From Squalus acanthias (taxonomy: Eukaryota), in contig CM059438.1 in NCBI GenBank assembly GCA_030390025.1, forward strand, positions 46,686,001 to 46,750,000: 64,000 bases of DNA, read 5' to 3'. The position numbers were made by a program, and so were the translations under genes. Below the pieces are notes generated by a model. The model saw nothing but the letters and a program-made list of their open reading frames with translations, ran no database searches and was not told the origin of the DNA. Below, one piece after another: positions 23,898 to 35,680 of this stretch (its first letter is position 1; every line of letters begins with the position of its first letter).

Positions 23898-24419
23898 CTG
23901 TTGGTTACCATCGCAAAATTACAAATAAGCACAAGCAGTGGCTGAAGAAATGTGCAAGACATTTTGACCAACCTATTTGCAGAAATTTATGAAATTAAAA
24001 TGATGAAACCCCATTACATCCCTGTCCCGGACAAAACCTCTACAATGTTTCGCAAAGCGCACCTGAAATTACTTAACTTAATGAGGGTGCCTATTCATGC
24101 AATGGAGCGTTACCCGGAGAATGTGGGCCCAGTGCGGCCCTCACCAACGCTCATCCTGGGGTTTATGTAAATTGTGAGCCGACACTCGTGGCTCAGGTGC
24201 CAGGTGCAGCACTGGGTCAGTGGGGGGCGCTCCTAGCGAGTGGCAGAACGGGGGGGGCGGGGGGGGGTAAGCGAGAAAGAATCAAGGTCCCTTCTCAAGG
24301 CAAACATGCCAAGGTGCCACTGGTTGGAGACAGGCGCTTTGGCATCTGCCCACCGCTCAGCTGGAGCCAAGACCCCCCAAATCAATGGGAGGAGGGGAAT
24401 AGAAAGCAATTTTTTTTTC

Positions 24420-24780
24420 CGGAACAGAAGCAGGCCATTCAGCACCTCGTGCCTGCTCCGCCATTCAATCAAATCCTGGCTGATCTGTATCTCAACCCTA
24501 TTTACCCGCCTTAGCTCTCGATCCCTTGATACCCTTACCTAACAGAAATCTAGCGATCTCGGCCTTGAAATCTCCAAATGACCCCCAGCATCCACAGCAT
24601 TTTTTTTGGGGGGGGGGGGGGGGGAAAGAGAGAATTCCAGATTTCTACTACCCTGTGTGAAAAAGTGTTTCCTGATTTCCCTCCTCAATGGTTTAGCTCT
24701 AATTTTAAGATCATCGCCTCGTCCTTGATCACCCCCATCAGAGGAAATAGTTTCTCCGTATCTAGTCTATTAAATCCTGT
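24420..24780 (-). mobile_element. CR1-type LINE 3' end
   Basis: aggccattcagc...cctgctccgccattcaat; GFNRLDTEKLFPL in ORF 24685..24909. Confidence 0.75.
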
Positions 24781-24958
24781 TAAACGTGTAACATCGCGAT
24801 AAAAAACAAAGGTATAATCCCAATCTAAAACAGAGGTCCAGAAGTTGGTCAGGTGCCTATGTACAAAGTCGTCCAAAACAATCTGCCATCGCGCCAAGAG
24901 ACTGCGCAAATCGCTGGTTCACAGATACAAAAAGGCGGAGTGAAAGTTGAGACTGTAC

Positions 24959-25187
24959 CTCGATGTCTTTGCTTCGTGCCACTTCGGTGAAGTTTTCCTG
25001 CTGCTCTAATGTCTTGTCAACTTTATCGTCAGTCATGCAGAAGCAACGCAGACGGGCTTCCACAGGGTCATGCATTTTGGCAAATACAACAAATTTGGCC
25101 ATGTACGGGACACAGATTAATTCCCTGTAGAGCTGGGTGGCTAAACTAACAGTTTCTGGCACCTGATGGCAGTCGACAAGCCAAAAT
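24959..25187 (-). CDS. ANK3: Ankyrin-G exon, UPA: [12 protein letters not shown]...[29 protein letters not shown]
   Basis: ORF 24857..25207; acceptor gcgcag, donor GAG|gtacag; 229 nt, phase 2 to 0. Confidence 0.96.
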
Positions 25188-26125
25188 CTGCGCATGAAAT
25201 TACACAAACATGAAGTTCATTGAGACCTTTTGAGCTTGGCACGCATTCATTGCAACACACCAGACCATTTAAAATGGGAGACCGCAAATTACTTTGAAAC
25301 TGGGTCACATGAATATTTTAATCAGCCATCGTTTCTCATTTCATTTCTTTCAGCTCTGGCAGCTGATAACTATCAGCTCAGAATCAAAGAAACAGCCTTT
25401 CTGGTAACGGCACGGCCTGGGAGTATCCAATATACTTGGGGCTTTTTCCACAGTACCCCAGGGATTTTTGATTCTATTCATGCATGAAAACTGTCACTTC
25501 AGGCTATAGGTTCCACTGTGTTCATCTTTATATTAAATAAGAGTAAACATACGAATACAGGGGTGTAGCAGAAATTGATAACGTTCTTTTTGTCTGTTTG
25601 GACCTACGACTGTTCTCATCCAAAAATGGTTCACAGTGACGAACTAAAAGAAAGTAATGCAGAACCATGTGGGAGGAGGGACAGAAAAGCAAAAAGAGGC
25701 AACTGACGTCCAGACCACACTTGGCGTCAGTCAGCTGAAAGGAGTCTTCTGGTGCGCAGCATGGGTGCAGTGTGCACTGCCGGACGACTCCTAATACTGT
25801 AGGGGGGGGGGGGGGGGGGGGGGGGTGCAGCCCAGGAGGTCCACGACTGATAGATCCACTGCTTTGGGCCATGTGGTCTATTGCGATAGAGTCAGATGGG
25901 CGCATTCTAGGAGGACATGAGATGGCTAAGGCTCAGCAAGATGGCCCACAAACACCTACAGGGACCGCCGAGGACCCGCGCCTGTGGCACTGCTGATGGT
26001 CGTGACGGGCACCGCTGCAGCCAACCTTTATGCTGCAGGATCCTTGCAGCCACCCAGAGGAGAGGTTAACTGGTTTTCCAGGACTGATTCCCCCTCCCCC
26101 ACCTTACCTCAGCACTGTAAAAATG

Positions 26126-26319
26126 ATGTGGAGATGCCGGTGTTGGACAAATGTGAGAAGTCGCACAACACCAGGTTATAGTCCAACAGTTTTATTTGAA
26201 ATCACAAGCTTTCGGAGCGGCTGCTCCTTCGTCAGGTGACGAAGGAGCAGCGCTCCGAAAGCTTGTGATTTCAAATAAAATTGTTGGACTATAACCTGGT
26301 GTTGTGCGACTTCTCACAT
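26126..26319. mobile_element. Palindromic Penelope-derived element with 11-bp TSD
   Basis: Inverted arms 26151-26234 and 26237-26319; ctgtaaaaatg duplicated at 26115-26125 and 26320-26330. Confidence 0.85.
26203..26238 (-). ncRNA. Minimal hammerhead ribozyme motif within the palindrome
   Basis: Minus strand: cac-CTGACGA-A-GGAGC-agcc-GCTCC-GAAA-GC-TT-gtg. Confidence 0.7.
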
Positions 26320-26985
26320 CTGTAAAAATGGGTTCATGTCATTTCTGGCTGCTTATTTCACCCGTTAATTGAAAACATGGGTTTACAGCTCTTAAAATCT
26401 CTGCAACTAAAAGGGATACAGTCTAACCCTGGTAACTCAGAGACACTAATCATTAGCCAGTAATTTAAATTAAGCAACATAACTAAAATAGCAAAGTGGG
26501 GGGAATTCAGTGATAAAAAGGAAATTGAATTATGAGTTAATTTGAATTAAGCGACTTTAAATTGCGAGTAATAGCATCAGAATATAAATAATACTGTAAC
26601 AGTGCCGATATGACAGGTCACTTACAGAATGGTACCCAATGAACCATGATAGTTCTTTTTAAAATTTGAAATGCTAAAATACCATCCAAACGCGACACGT
26701 GTTTACATATAAATGATAATGGTCGGAATACAAACAGGACTTCCTGCCAAACTGCCCCCTTGTTAGAGTATCACATTTATTTTCTCACAGATCTTTGCAT
26801 TGCAGGTAGGAGAAAACTAATTGGCTTGAAGTGGTTTAGCCATTTTCATCGTTTAACATCCAAGACAGTTAGTCTGAACAAATTGGTAGAAAGTATTTCG
26901 AAGGTAGTTCCATGGTGCCCTACAGCTAACAGAGTTGGGGTGCTTTGTGGGGGCGGGGTTATGAAATGCTTTGGAAAAACTGTAC

Positions 26986-27082
26986 CTGGCTGAAACATTT
27001 GTCGTGAAAGAAACACCATCGTTCACAAAGGTTAATGGTGTCGTTCCAGTTATGTCTTCCCACTGAGCAGGTGATGTGCCTC
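26986..27082 (-). CDS. ANK3: Ankyrin-G exon, ZU5-B: [31 protein letters not shown](R)
   Basis: ORF 26853..27122; acceptor ttgatag, donor AG|gtacag; 97 nt, phase 1 to 2. Confidence 0.96.
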
Positions 27083-27419
27083 CTATCAAGTAAAGAGAGA
27101 AAATGGCAGCTGTCAGAACCATCAGTCAGACACAATGAGGACTTCTGGCTACATCACAGTACAACGATGATAATATCCTGCAATAGACCTAGAACACCAA
27201 TATATATTACACCTGGAATGTCAGACAGCCGTGAATTAAATCTACAGATCCAAACATGGATCCTATGGAAAGTCTAGGCTGTCTATTGCTACCTTCATCA
27301 TGACTGCCTGTACAGTAAGAAGTTACTGAATACATTCCTGTGCATAATAGGAATACTGGTACAATAGTCTAAAGGCTTAATGCGCCAGAATGGATTGTGA
27401 AAATATCAGTATTTAACAA

Positions 27420-27935
27420 GTCAGGAGGGTGATGGAATACACTCCACTCGCCTGGATGGCTGAAGCTGCAACAACACTCAAGAAGCTCAATATCATCCAG
27501 GACCAGGACTTGATCAGCAGTCCATCCACCACCTGAAACATTCACTCCCTCCACCACCGGCGCACCGTGGCTGCAGTGTGCACTATCTACAGGAGCCACT
27601 GCAGCAACTCACCAAGGCTTCTTTGACAACACCTCCCAAACCCGCGACCTCCACCACCAAAAGGACAAAAGCAGCAGGTGCATGGGAACACCATCATCTC
27701 CAAGTTCCCCTCCAAGTCACACAACATCCTAACATGGAAATATATCGCCGATCCTTCATTGTCGCTGGGTCAAAATCCTGGAACTCCCTCCCTAACAGCA
27801 CTATGGGAGCACCTTCACCACACGGACTGCAGCGGTTCAAGGCGGCAGCTCACCACCACCTTCTCGAGGACAACTAGGGATGGGCAATAAATACCGGCCT
27901 TGCAAGCGACGCCCACATCCCGAGAATGAATAAGA
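27420..27935 (+). mobile_element. LINE 3' fragment, second CR1-like family
   Basis: ORFs 27578..27877 and 27678..27890; homologous to 5005-5360. Confidence 0.78.
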
Positions 27936-28003
27936 AAATTATATATATTTGATTTGAACAACACAATAAAAATGTTCAACAAACAGGGTTAGGGCAAACC
28001 AAC

Positions 28004-28208
28004 CTGTTATACTACACAGCAGCCTGAGGCTTGGAGCATCTCCTCTGTATCCGTTTGATACATCTCCTCCTGATGCAGGTGGCACTGGAATCGTCATAGT
28101 AATAGGTTTGTGGAATTTCCTTCTTCTGGGCTCCACAGTTACAATAGGACTAAATGTGGCTCGGTTCCCAAGGATCTTTCTGACAAGTTCGTCTGGGACT
28201 GGCTGGGC
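28004..28208 (-). CDS. ANK3: Ankyrin-G exon, ZU5-B: [41 protein letters not shown]...LRLLCSIT(G)
   Basis: ORF 27939..28265; acceptor ccacag, donor G|gttggt; 205 nt, phase 0 to 1. Confidence 0.96.
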
Positions 28209-28499
28209 CTGTGGAACAAGTACAAACCAATGCTGAAGATGGATAACAAGTGTCGCCTTTGTCATTACAGGTCAGTTGATAACAAACGAGAGAAGATTTC
28301 AGAGCTTAATGTTCAGCTATTTTCAACTAACTGTCTGCACCTGGCAATCTTACAGGCACCTCCCGATCAAAGGGAACAGTTAGGGAATTTTCTTTACTTG
28401 ACAATGGACTCAAAGTTACAATTAAACCAAACATACAGTGGGAATACATTGCTCTGGAACCATGGGCACATGACTCCTCCACAAGGTCCTGATTTACAC

Positions 28500-28860
28500 A
28501 GTAACAGTTTCTGGCAGGTGAAGGCCTTTGGCCCTTCTAGCCCACCTGTCCACAGTATTCCCTTGGTGCATTTCTAATAACCTTGAATCCCATTTGTTGA
28601 CAAGAACCTATCTAGTTCCTTCTTGAAACCCACTAAGGTTTTTTGTTCCACCACCTGTGCCAGTAATCTGTTCCACATACTGACCACCCTTCCAGTAAAA
28701 AAAGTTCCTCCTGCATTTCCTATTTTCTGTTGTTGTCCTCAATTTGTAAAGATGACCCTTTGTGCTTAAACTCGATACACGGCAGAAAAGCTTACTGGGA
28801 TGCAATTTGTCTAAACCTTTCACAATTTTAAACACTTCCATCATATCCCCTCTGGAGTCT
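28500..28860 (-). mobile_element. Old CR1-type LINE 3' fragment
   Basis: ORF 28608..28844 MEVFKIVKGLDKL..LF..TKGHLYKL..RRNFF. Confidence 0.75.
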
Positions 28861-29164
28861 TCTGTTTGAGAGAGAGGAAAGACCCAGGATAGTCAATCTA
28901 CATGAGCAATATACCAGTATGAAGATGTCATTAAGGCCACGTTACTGTAATGTCACCTCATGATATTTGGGAAGCACTTGGAATGCAGTGGTAGATGTTC
29001 ACGTCCAAGGTTGGATTCAAAGGATTCAACGGTGTGACTTCTTCTCAAATACAAGTTGCAATAGTTTTTGAAAACAGGGTGTACTCCTCAGCTCAGCTGG
29101 TATTTGTTTTATTTTGACGTACCTGTACAGCCGACACCTGAAGCAATGTGCCTCAGCCCTCAAC

Positions 29165-29500
29165 AGTCCTCCATGGCCTCGCCCCTCCCTATCTCTGTAA
29201 CCTCCTCCAACCCTCCGAGATCTCCGTGCTCCTCCAATTCTGGCATCCCCTATATTAATTGCTCAACCATCGGCGGCCATGCCTTCAGCTGCCGAGGCCC
29301 TGAACTCTGGAATTCTCTGCCTAAACCTCTCCGCCTCGCTCTCCTCCTTTAAGACGCTCCTTAAAACCTACCTCTTTGGCCAAGCTTTTAATCATCTGTT
29401 CTAATATATCCTTATGTGGCTCGGTGTCAAATTTTGTTTGATAACGCTCCTGTGAAGCGCCTTGAGACGTTTTACTACATTAAAGGCGCAAGTTGTTGTG
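29165..29500 (+). mobile_element. L2-type LINE 3' end
   Basis: GGHAFSCRGPELWNSLPKPLRL; tail taaaggcgcaagttgttgt. Confidence 0.8.
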
Positions 29501-30729
29501 GTAGCATTAATATACACCTACATACATTGGGGCGTAGTTATGTAGTGGCACCAGTTTGAGATTGGAGCCAGGACTGTGAGCTCAGCACTAGAATCTACAT
29601 AACCACTGTGTAAAGATGACCCGCTGAAAACAATCTGTAAGGGTTAATACATGGATCCTGTGCTCCCAATAGGGGCCACACTCAAAGGGAGTGCTCGTCG
29701 TCGACAGGGCTACAACACTTTAGCGCGGATTCTCTGACCTGCGCTCCCTTCAGGGGAATCTCCTCGCTGGGAGCGTGGGATCAGTGAATTTACCCTGTGG
29801 TGCAAGCGAAGACACAGCCAGGAAAGATGCAATGTAAAGTACACTGCAGATGAATAAATGAATGTGAAAACTAGGAAGCAGCCTCGGATCACAGTACGAA
29901 GCGTTGGACTTTGTTCTTTACGGCCGGTTAGCCTTCAGTTATGCAAGACTCTAGTGAAGTAGAACAGCCCTCATTCCAAAAGCTTTGATCCAAAGGAAAC
30001 TTGGCGAACCTGTCAGTAACAGCTGTGCATATCTGGAATTGGGCAGGAGCGAGCCACGTTAGTCAGAATGATGAACTGGGAATCGGAGAGGGTGCCAATG
30101 GGTTTGCAGGAACTTTCAGCGAATTGCATCACCTTTCTGCAGTTACATGGAATGGGCAGGGTACAGCGTTGAAGGTTCACACTGATTTGCACTGGGGAAA
30201 TTCAGATAAAATCTGGACACGATGAAGTATTTTGGGAAGTTACTTCAGAGATCGGGGATACAGTAAAACGGGCTATGAAAAAAAAAGAAAAGAAAAAAAA
30301 GGGTGGAGTGCTAGTCAGCTCAAAATGGAGAACAGTCCTCACGCCCATCAGGCAGACAGACAGGCAGCCTCTTGAGATTAAGACCTGTAGATCTGATTCG
30401 TAATTCATGTTTATATTACAGAAATGTTTCCGAGTCAAGCAGTTCTTGTGACGTGCAGGCCGGCAATGCTGTAATCTTCCCTATTTACATTGTGGGCGGA
30501 CTCCAAGACAATGGCGAGAAGTACTGCTTACTTAGTCACGAATCGCACTGGCCCTTTAACTTCTGGTCGCTGAAGGAGCTCGTCTCCAGGCCGGTGATTG
30601 GGAAGCGGCCAGAAATATTGGTAGCCATTTATGTCGCTGGCCCAGCGGTATGACTCCAGAGATGCCATGGAAAACCACTTCTTGGTGTCTCCAGCACGGG
30701 TTGACCTGTCACCGGGAATAGCGCCACAT

Positions 30730-31165
30730 AAAGATCTTGCATTTACATAGCGCCTTTCACAACCTCAGGACGTCCCAAAGCACTTTAGAATCAATGAAGC
30801 ACTTTTGGAGTGTGGCAACTGTTGTAATGCAGGAAACGTGGCTGCCAGTTCGTGCACAGCAAGCTCCCACAAGCAGCACTGTGATAATGGGAGAAAAAAG
30901 GGAAATGCACCATCTTGGTTCAACGTCTCATCCGAAAGACGGCACACCTCTGACGGTGCACTGGAGTGTCAGCCTGGATTATGTGCACAAATCCCTGGAA
31001 CAGGGTTTGAAACCACAAACTTCTGACTCAGAGGCGAGAGTACTACTTACTGAGCCACAGCTGACACCACAAGGAAATACTTTTGAAGTGTAGTCACTGC
31101 TGCAGTGTAGGAAGTGCGGCAGCCAACTTGCGCAAAACAAGGTCCCACAAACAGCAATGTGAGAA
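30730..31165 (-). mobile_element. Deu-type SINE copies
   Basis: Reverse complement of the 18150-18577 family, including the tRNA-like head at about 31000-31066. Confidence 0.78.
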
Positions 31166-32128
31166 CGGGAGAAAAAAGGGAAAGGCACCACAGTACGTCA
31201 CTTAATGGCAAATGTGGTGCTAAGATCTAGTGAAGAGCAATCATGTGGCAGCAGGAGCTGGGCTGAGGCGGTGGACATATGCTATATCTGCTCCGTACCA
31301 ACACCTGGGGCCCACATAACCATCCAGAATTCACTCCCACTTCACACTATTGTGCGTTTCAGTGTTCCTAGTTTTCAATTACTGACTGCTGCAAGTCAAG
31401 TTCTTGAGCTGACAGTACAGGGCGAGCATCAGGACGAGCATGATTCTGTGTAGCCACGGTAAAAAGTAGACACTCTATCGATTCCTCCTGATCTTGGAGC
31501 ACCACCACACCTTAACACATACTGTGCAGGACATTCGATGCATGCGTAATGGTGATCCAAGTTTCAGAACCCAGAAGGCATTGGCCTTTAGGGTCTGGCT
31601 GACAATTCAAAAATGTCACCGCTCCCCGGAGTCAGAGCCGACACAAGAAGTAAAGCAACACAGAGCTGCATTTACACTGCATGTGATCGTACTCCCGACA
31701 AAAATATGATCGCATGCTAGCGTTGCTCCAGTTTAGTTTATGTATTTTTGAATGGCTTGTTTTAAAATAGCAATCAACCAGAAACTGGGTAAAATGTCAA
31801 AATCTGCAGCTGGATTGTACGGAGTATCCCACAGGAATAGATTCTTTTCTGTAAAGTCACTACAGCATTTTCAGAAAATGCAGTCCCTTTGCCAGAACTG
31901 ATCAGCACACAACCACCCACTGGAGATTATCAAATGGAAGGGGTAATTCTACAATCCTGTGCTCCCAGAGGGGAGTCGCACTCACAGGAAGTGTGGGCTG
32001 GAGAATCGGGGGCTGCAATGTTGTAGCCCGATCTCTTTCCTGTGCTCCCTTTTAGCACAGCTTTACTGCTGGCAGAATGGAACCAGTGAATTAGCCCAGT
32101 ACTTGCATTAAATTCTTCAGCAATATAC

Positions 32129-32844
32129 TGGGCCAAAAATTCGGCCGTTCCCGGGTGAGTACTCAGTCCGTACTCACCCGTACTGCGTCCCGAAGTGCCG
32201 GTTTCCTGCATGCACTGCGCATGCGCGGGAAACCGGAACTTCCGGTATGGTGAAGGGGGCGGTTCCTAGGTGAACCGCGTGCGCGGTAGAGGCTGCGCGC
32301 ACGCAGCACACTTAGATTTTTTTCAGGTTTCTCCGGGAGGGTAAGTATTGAAGAAACTACGCTATTAAAAAGGAGGCGCAGGACCCGTTTTCAACAAGGT
32401 AAGTGGTTAATTAAGTATAATTTTAAATATTTTTTCAACAGGTTTATCTTTTTTAGATACTTTAAAGAAAGGTAAGTTTATTTTTATCACTTTTAAAAAG
32501 TATTTTAATTTTTTCAAAAATTTAAATTTTTGTTTAAAGTGGTTAATTTATTTAACTATAGTTATTTTATAAATGTGATGGTTTTTTAAAAAATTTATTT
32601 TAAGTTTAGCTGTTCTTTTGGGGCCGATTTCAATTCACAGATTTGACAGGTCAAATCTATGAATGAAAGATGGTCTGCTGCCATTAGCTCTCCATGGCCC
32701 ACGTGATCCCAGGGGACGCATCGCACTAACTGCGCCCCTGGGACACGCAAGCACTGCGCGCCGGCAGTTGGGAGAGGCCCAGGAGCTGAAGTTCCCGTGG
32801 GCCCAAAACACAACGGCAAGCCGGAGAGGCGAGTTTCTGGGCCA
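32129..32844. mobile_element. MITE-like element: imperfect terminal inverted repeats, GC-rich ends, AT-rich core
   Basis: Left tgggccaaaaattcggccgttcccgg versus reverse complement of the right end tggcccagaaactcgcctctccgg; internal hairpins at 32152-32180 and 32198-32236. Confidence 0.6.
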
Positions 32845-32979
32845 CTATTTGCATATAATCTACAAGCACGTAACATTTAAAACAATGACATCTTTATATT
32901 TTGACAGACAATATTTCAACGTGCAGAGCAATAAATAGTAACAAATATGAGGAAAACCTTTACATTGAATACTACAGAA

Positions 32980-34053
32980 CTATAAGGGTTTATGACACAG
33001 GAGGCCGTTTGACTCAGAGTCCATGAGAGCTCTTTGCTGGAGCAATCCAATATTGATCGCACTGCCCCATACTCTCGCCAAAGCCCTGCATCTGCTTCAA
33101 ATATTCATACAATTTTCCTTTAAAAGTTGCAGTGGTCTCTGCCTGAACCACTGCCTGTGGCAAAGTATCCCATTCACCAACAATTCCCCCGTGTAAAGAA
33201 ATGTCTTCTAACCGTTCTCCTCACTCTCTTAGTGATAACTTTAAATTGATGACCTCCCCTTGTCAATGATAACCTCCCTCCCCACTAACCCAAGGATATA
33301 GCCTTTCCATATTCGCGCTATCAAAACTCTTCATAATTTTAAAAAGCTCTATAAAATCTCCTCTTTGCCTTCTCTGCAACAGTGGAGATAGTCCCAGCAT
33401 CTCTAGTCTCTTCTCATAACCATTGTTTCCCATCCCTTGCATCATCCCAGTGAATCTATGCTGTACGCACTCTATGGCTTTACTGTCCTCATTGTACCTA
33501 AATAACTAAAGACTCTTTCCTAAGACGTTGAACTATAAGCCCTGGTTAGACCACACCTGGACTACTGTGAGCAATTCTGGGCACCACACCTTAGGGACGA
33601 TATATTGGCCTTGGAAGGAGTACAATGTAGATTTACCAGAATGATACCTGGACTCCAAGGATTAAATTACGAGGAGCGATTACACAAACTAGGGTTGAAC
33701 TCCCTGGAATTTAGAAGGTTAAGGGGCGATTTGATCGAAGTTTTCAAGATATTGAGGGGAACTGATAGGGTAGATAGAGAGACAATATTTTCTCTGGTTG
33801 TGGAGTCTCGGACCAAGGAGCACAGTCCAAAAATTAGAGCCATGCCTTTCAGGAGTGAAGTTAGGAAACACTTCTACATGCAAAGGGTGGTAGAAGTTTG
33901 GAACTCTCTTCCGCAAATTGCAATTGATGCTGGGTCGATTGTTAATTTTAAATCTGAGATTGATGGGGCAAAGTTGGGTATGTGGACCAGCCATGAGCTC
34001 GTTGAATGGTGGAACAGGCTCGAGGGGCTCAATGGCCTCCTCCTGTTCCTATG
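32980..34053. mobile_element. Two CR1 fragments in opposite orientation (about 32980-33490 minus, 33540-34053 plus)
   Basis: ORFs 33263..33445 (YEKRLEMLGL) and 33605..34054 (LEGVQCRFTRMIPGL...YEERLHKLGL). Confidence 0.85.
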
Positions 34054-34298
34054 AATGTATTTCCATCAGTAGCCACGACACACCTACATTCGCTGCGTGT
34101 AACACAATGATATTGTGTGTGTAGCATTTACTTCAGTTGCCTTTCTGTGGCCAAGTTATTTTTCTGCAACAAAACTTAATGTTGATCAACAGAATTGAAC
34201 AGAAGCGACATTCAGAGGTTGCAGTGTAGCTTTCCCCCCCCCCCAGCCATCCCACATCTGGCATGGCAAATCAACCGGCAAATACAATGGCCAATTAC

Positions 34299-34510
34299 CT
34301 GGAGACCCACTCGGATTCTCTTGGTCAAGGCTCCCTCTGGGAAGGATGCCTGCACACGTGGAATGGTTGTGCTGCTCAACATTCCTCCTTCGGGTCCCAT
34401 CTGATTACTTTCTTGCTTGATCCGAGATACGACGGCAAAATACTGCGGAAAATCCTTGGTGACAACTCGGCAAATGCGCTTCTTCTCCAGTTCTTCAAGG
34501 CTATCAAGTT
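34299..34510 (-). CDS. ANK3: Ankyrin-G exon, ZU5-A/ZU5-B: [30 protein letters not shown]...KRIRVGLQ
   Basis: ORF 34212..34583; acceptor cacttag, donor CAG|gtaatt; 212 nt, phase 1 to 0. Confidence 0.97.
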
Positions 34511-34635
34511 CTAAGTGAGAATGGATTAATACGGTGCTTTGAGAGCTCTTTTCAGCTTTAAAGTCTGACTTGCACGCAAACAAATTTAAACTTCCATTAT
34601 CGCCTGGCTCAAAGTATCTTGTTTAAATACAATTC

Positions 34636-35094
34636 ATAGAAACATAGAAACATAGAAACTAGGAGCAGGAGTAGGCCATTCGGCCCGTCGAGCCTGCTCC
34701 ACCATTCAATACGATCATGGCTGATCATCCAAATCCAGTACCCTGTCCCTGCTTTCTCACACAGAATCCCCATCGAGCCTGCACCGACACATATCCCACC
34801 CTATCCCCGTAACCCCACGTATTTAATTCCCCCTAACATATCCCTTCCTATCCTATCCCCGTAACCCCACATATTTAATCCCCCCCTAACACTAAGGGTC
34901 AATTTATCATAGCCAAATCAACCTAACCCGCACATTTTTGGACTGTGGGAGGAAACCGGAGCACCCGGAGGAAACCCACGCAGACACGGGGAGAATGTGC
35001 AAACTCCACACAGACAGTCACCCGAGGCCAGATTCGAACCCGGGTCCCTGGCGCTGTGAGGCACCAGTGCTAACCACTATGCCACCGTGTTGCC
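34636..35094 (-). mobile_element. V-SINE (HE1-like) with CR1-derived tail
   Basis: Minus strand: tRNA head ggtggcatagtggttagcac...gggttcgaatc, V-domain gtgggtttcctccgggtgctccggtttcctcccac; caattc on both flanks. Confidence 0.85.
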
Positions 35095-35154
35095 CAATTC
35101 CTTTGTATTAAGGCAGGAATCAGAGAACTGGTGAAAATTACAACACACAAGGAC

Positions 35155-35680
35155 ACTAGTTAGAATCGTGTCTGTGCCAGCTCTTTGAAAGAGCTATCCA
35201 ATTAGACCCATTTCCCTGCTCGTTCCCCATAGCCCTCCAAATTTTTCCTTTTCAATTCCCTTTTGAAAGTTACGACTGAATCTGCTTTCACTACCCTTTC
35301 AGGCAATGTATTCCACATCATAACAACTCGTTGTGTAAAAAATAATTCTCATCCCCCCGCCCCCCCCCCGGAGTTCTTTTGCCAATTATCTTAAATCTGT
35401 GTCCTCTGGTTACCGACCCTCCCGTCAGTGGAAACAATTTCTCCCTATCTGCTCTATCAAAACCCTTCATAATTTTGATCAGCTCTATTAAATCTTGTCT
35501 CAACCTTCTCTACAGAAGGAGAATAATCACAGCTTCTCCAGTCTCTCCATGTAACTGAAGTCCCTCATCCCTGGTACCATTACAATAAATCTCCTCTGCT
35601 CCCTCGCCAAGACCTCGACATCCTTTATAAAGTGTGGTGCCCAGATTTAGGCACAGTCCTCCAGGTGAGGCCTAACTAAC
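35155..35680 (-). mobile_element. CR1-type LINE 3' fragment
   Basis: ORF 35318..35503 DLIELIKIMKGFDRADREKLFPL..TRGHRFKI. Confidence 0.82.

Noticed and set aside
29739-29794. 56-nt exon-like segment (ccacag ... CAG|gtcaga) on the minus strand
   Set aside because: Not a multiple of three, has an in-frame TGA and no ankyrin similarity; at most a poison exon, unsupported
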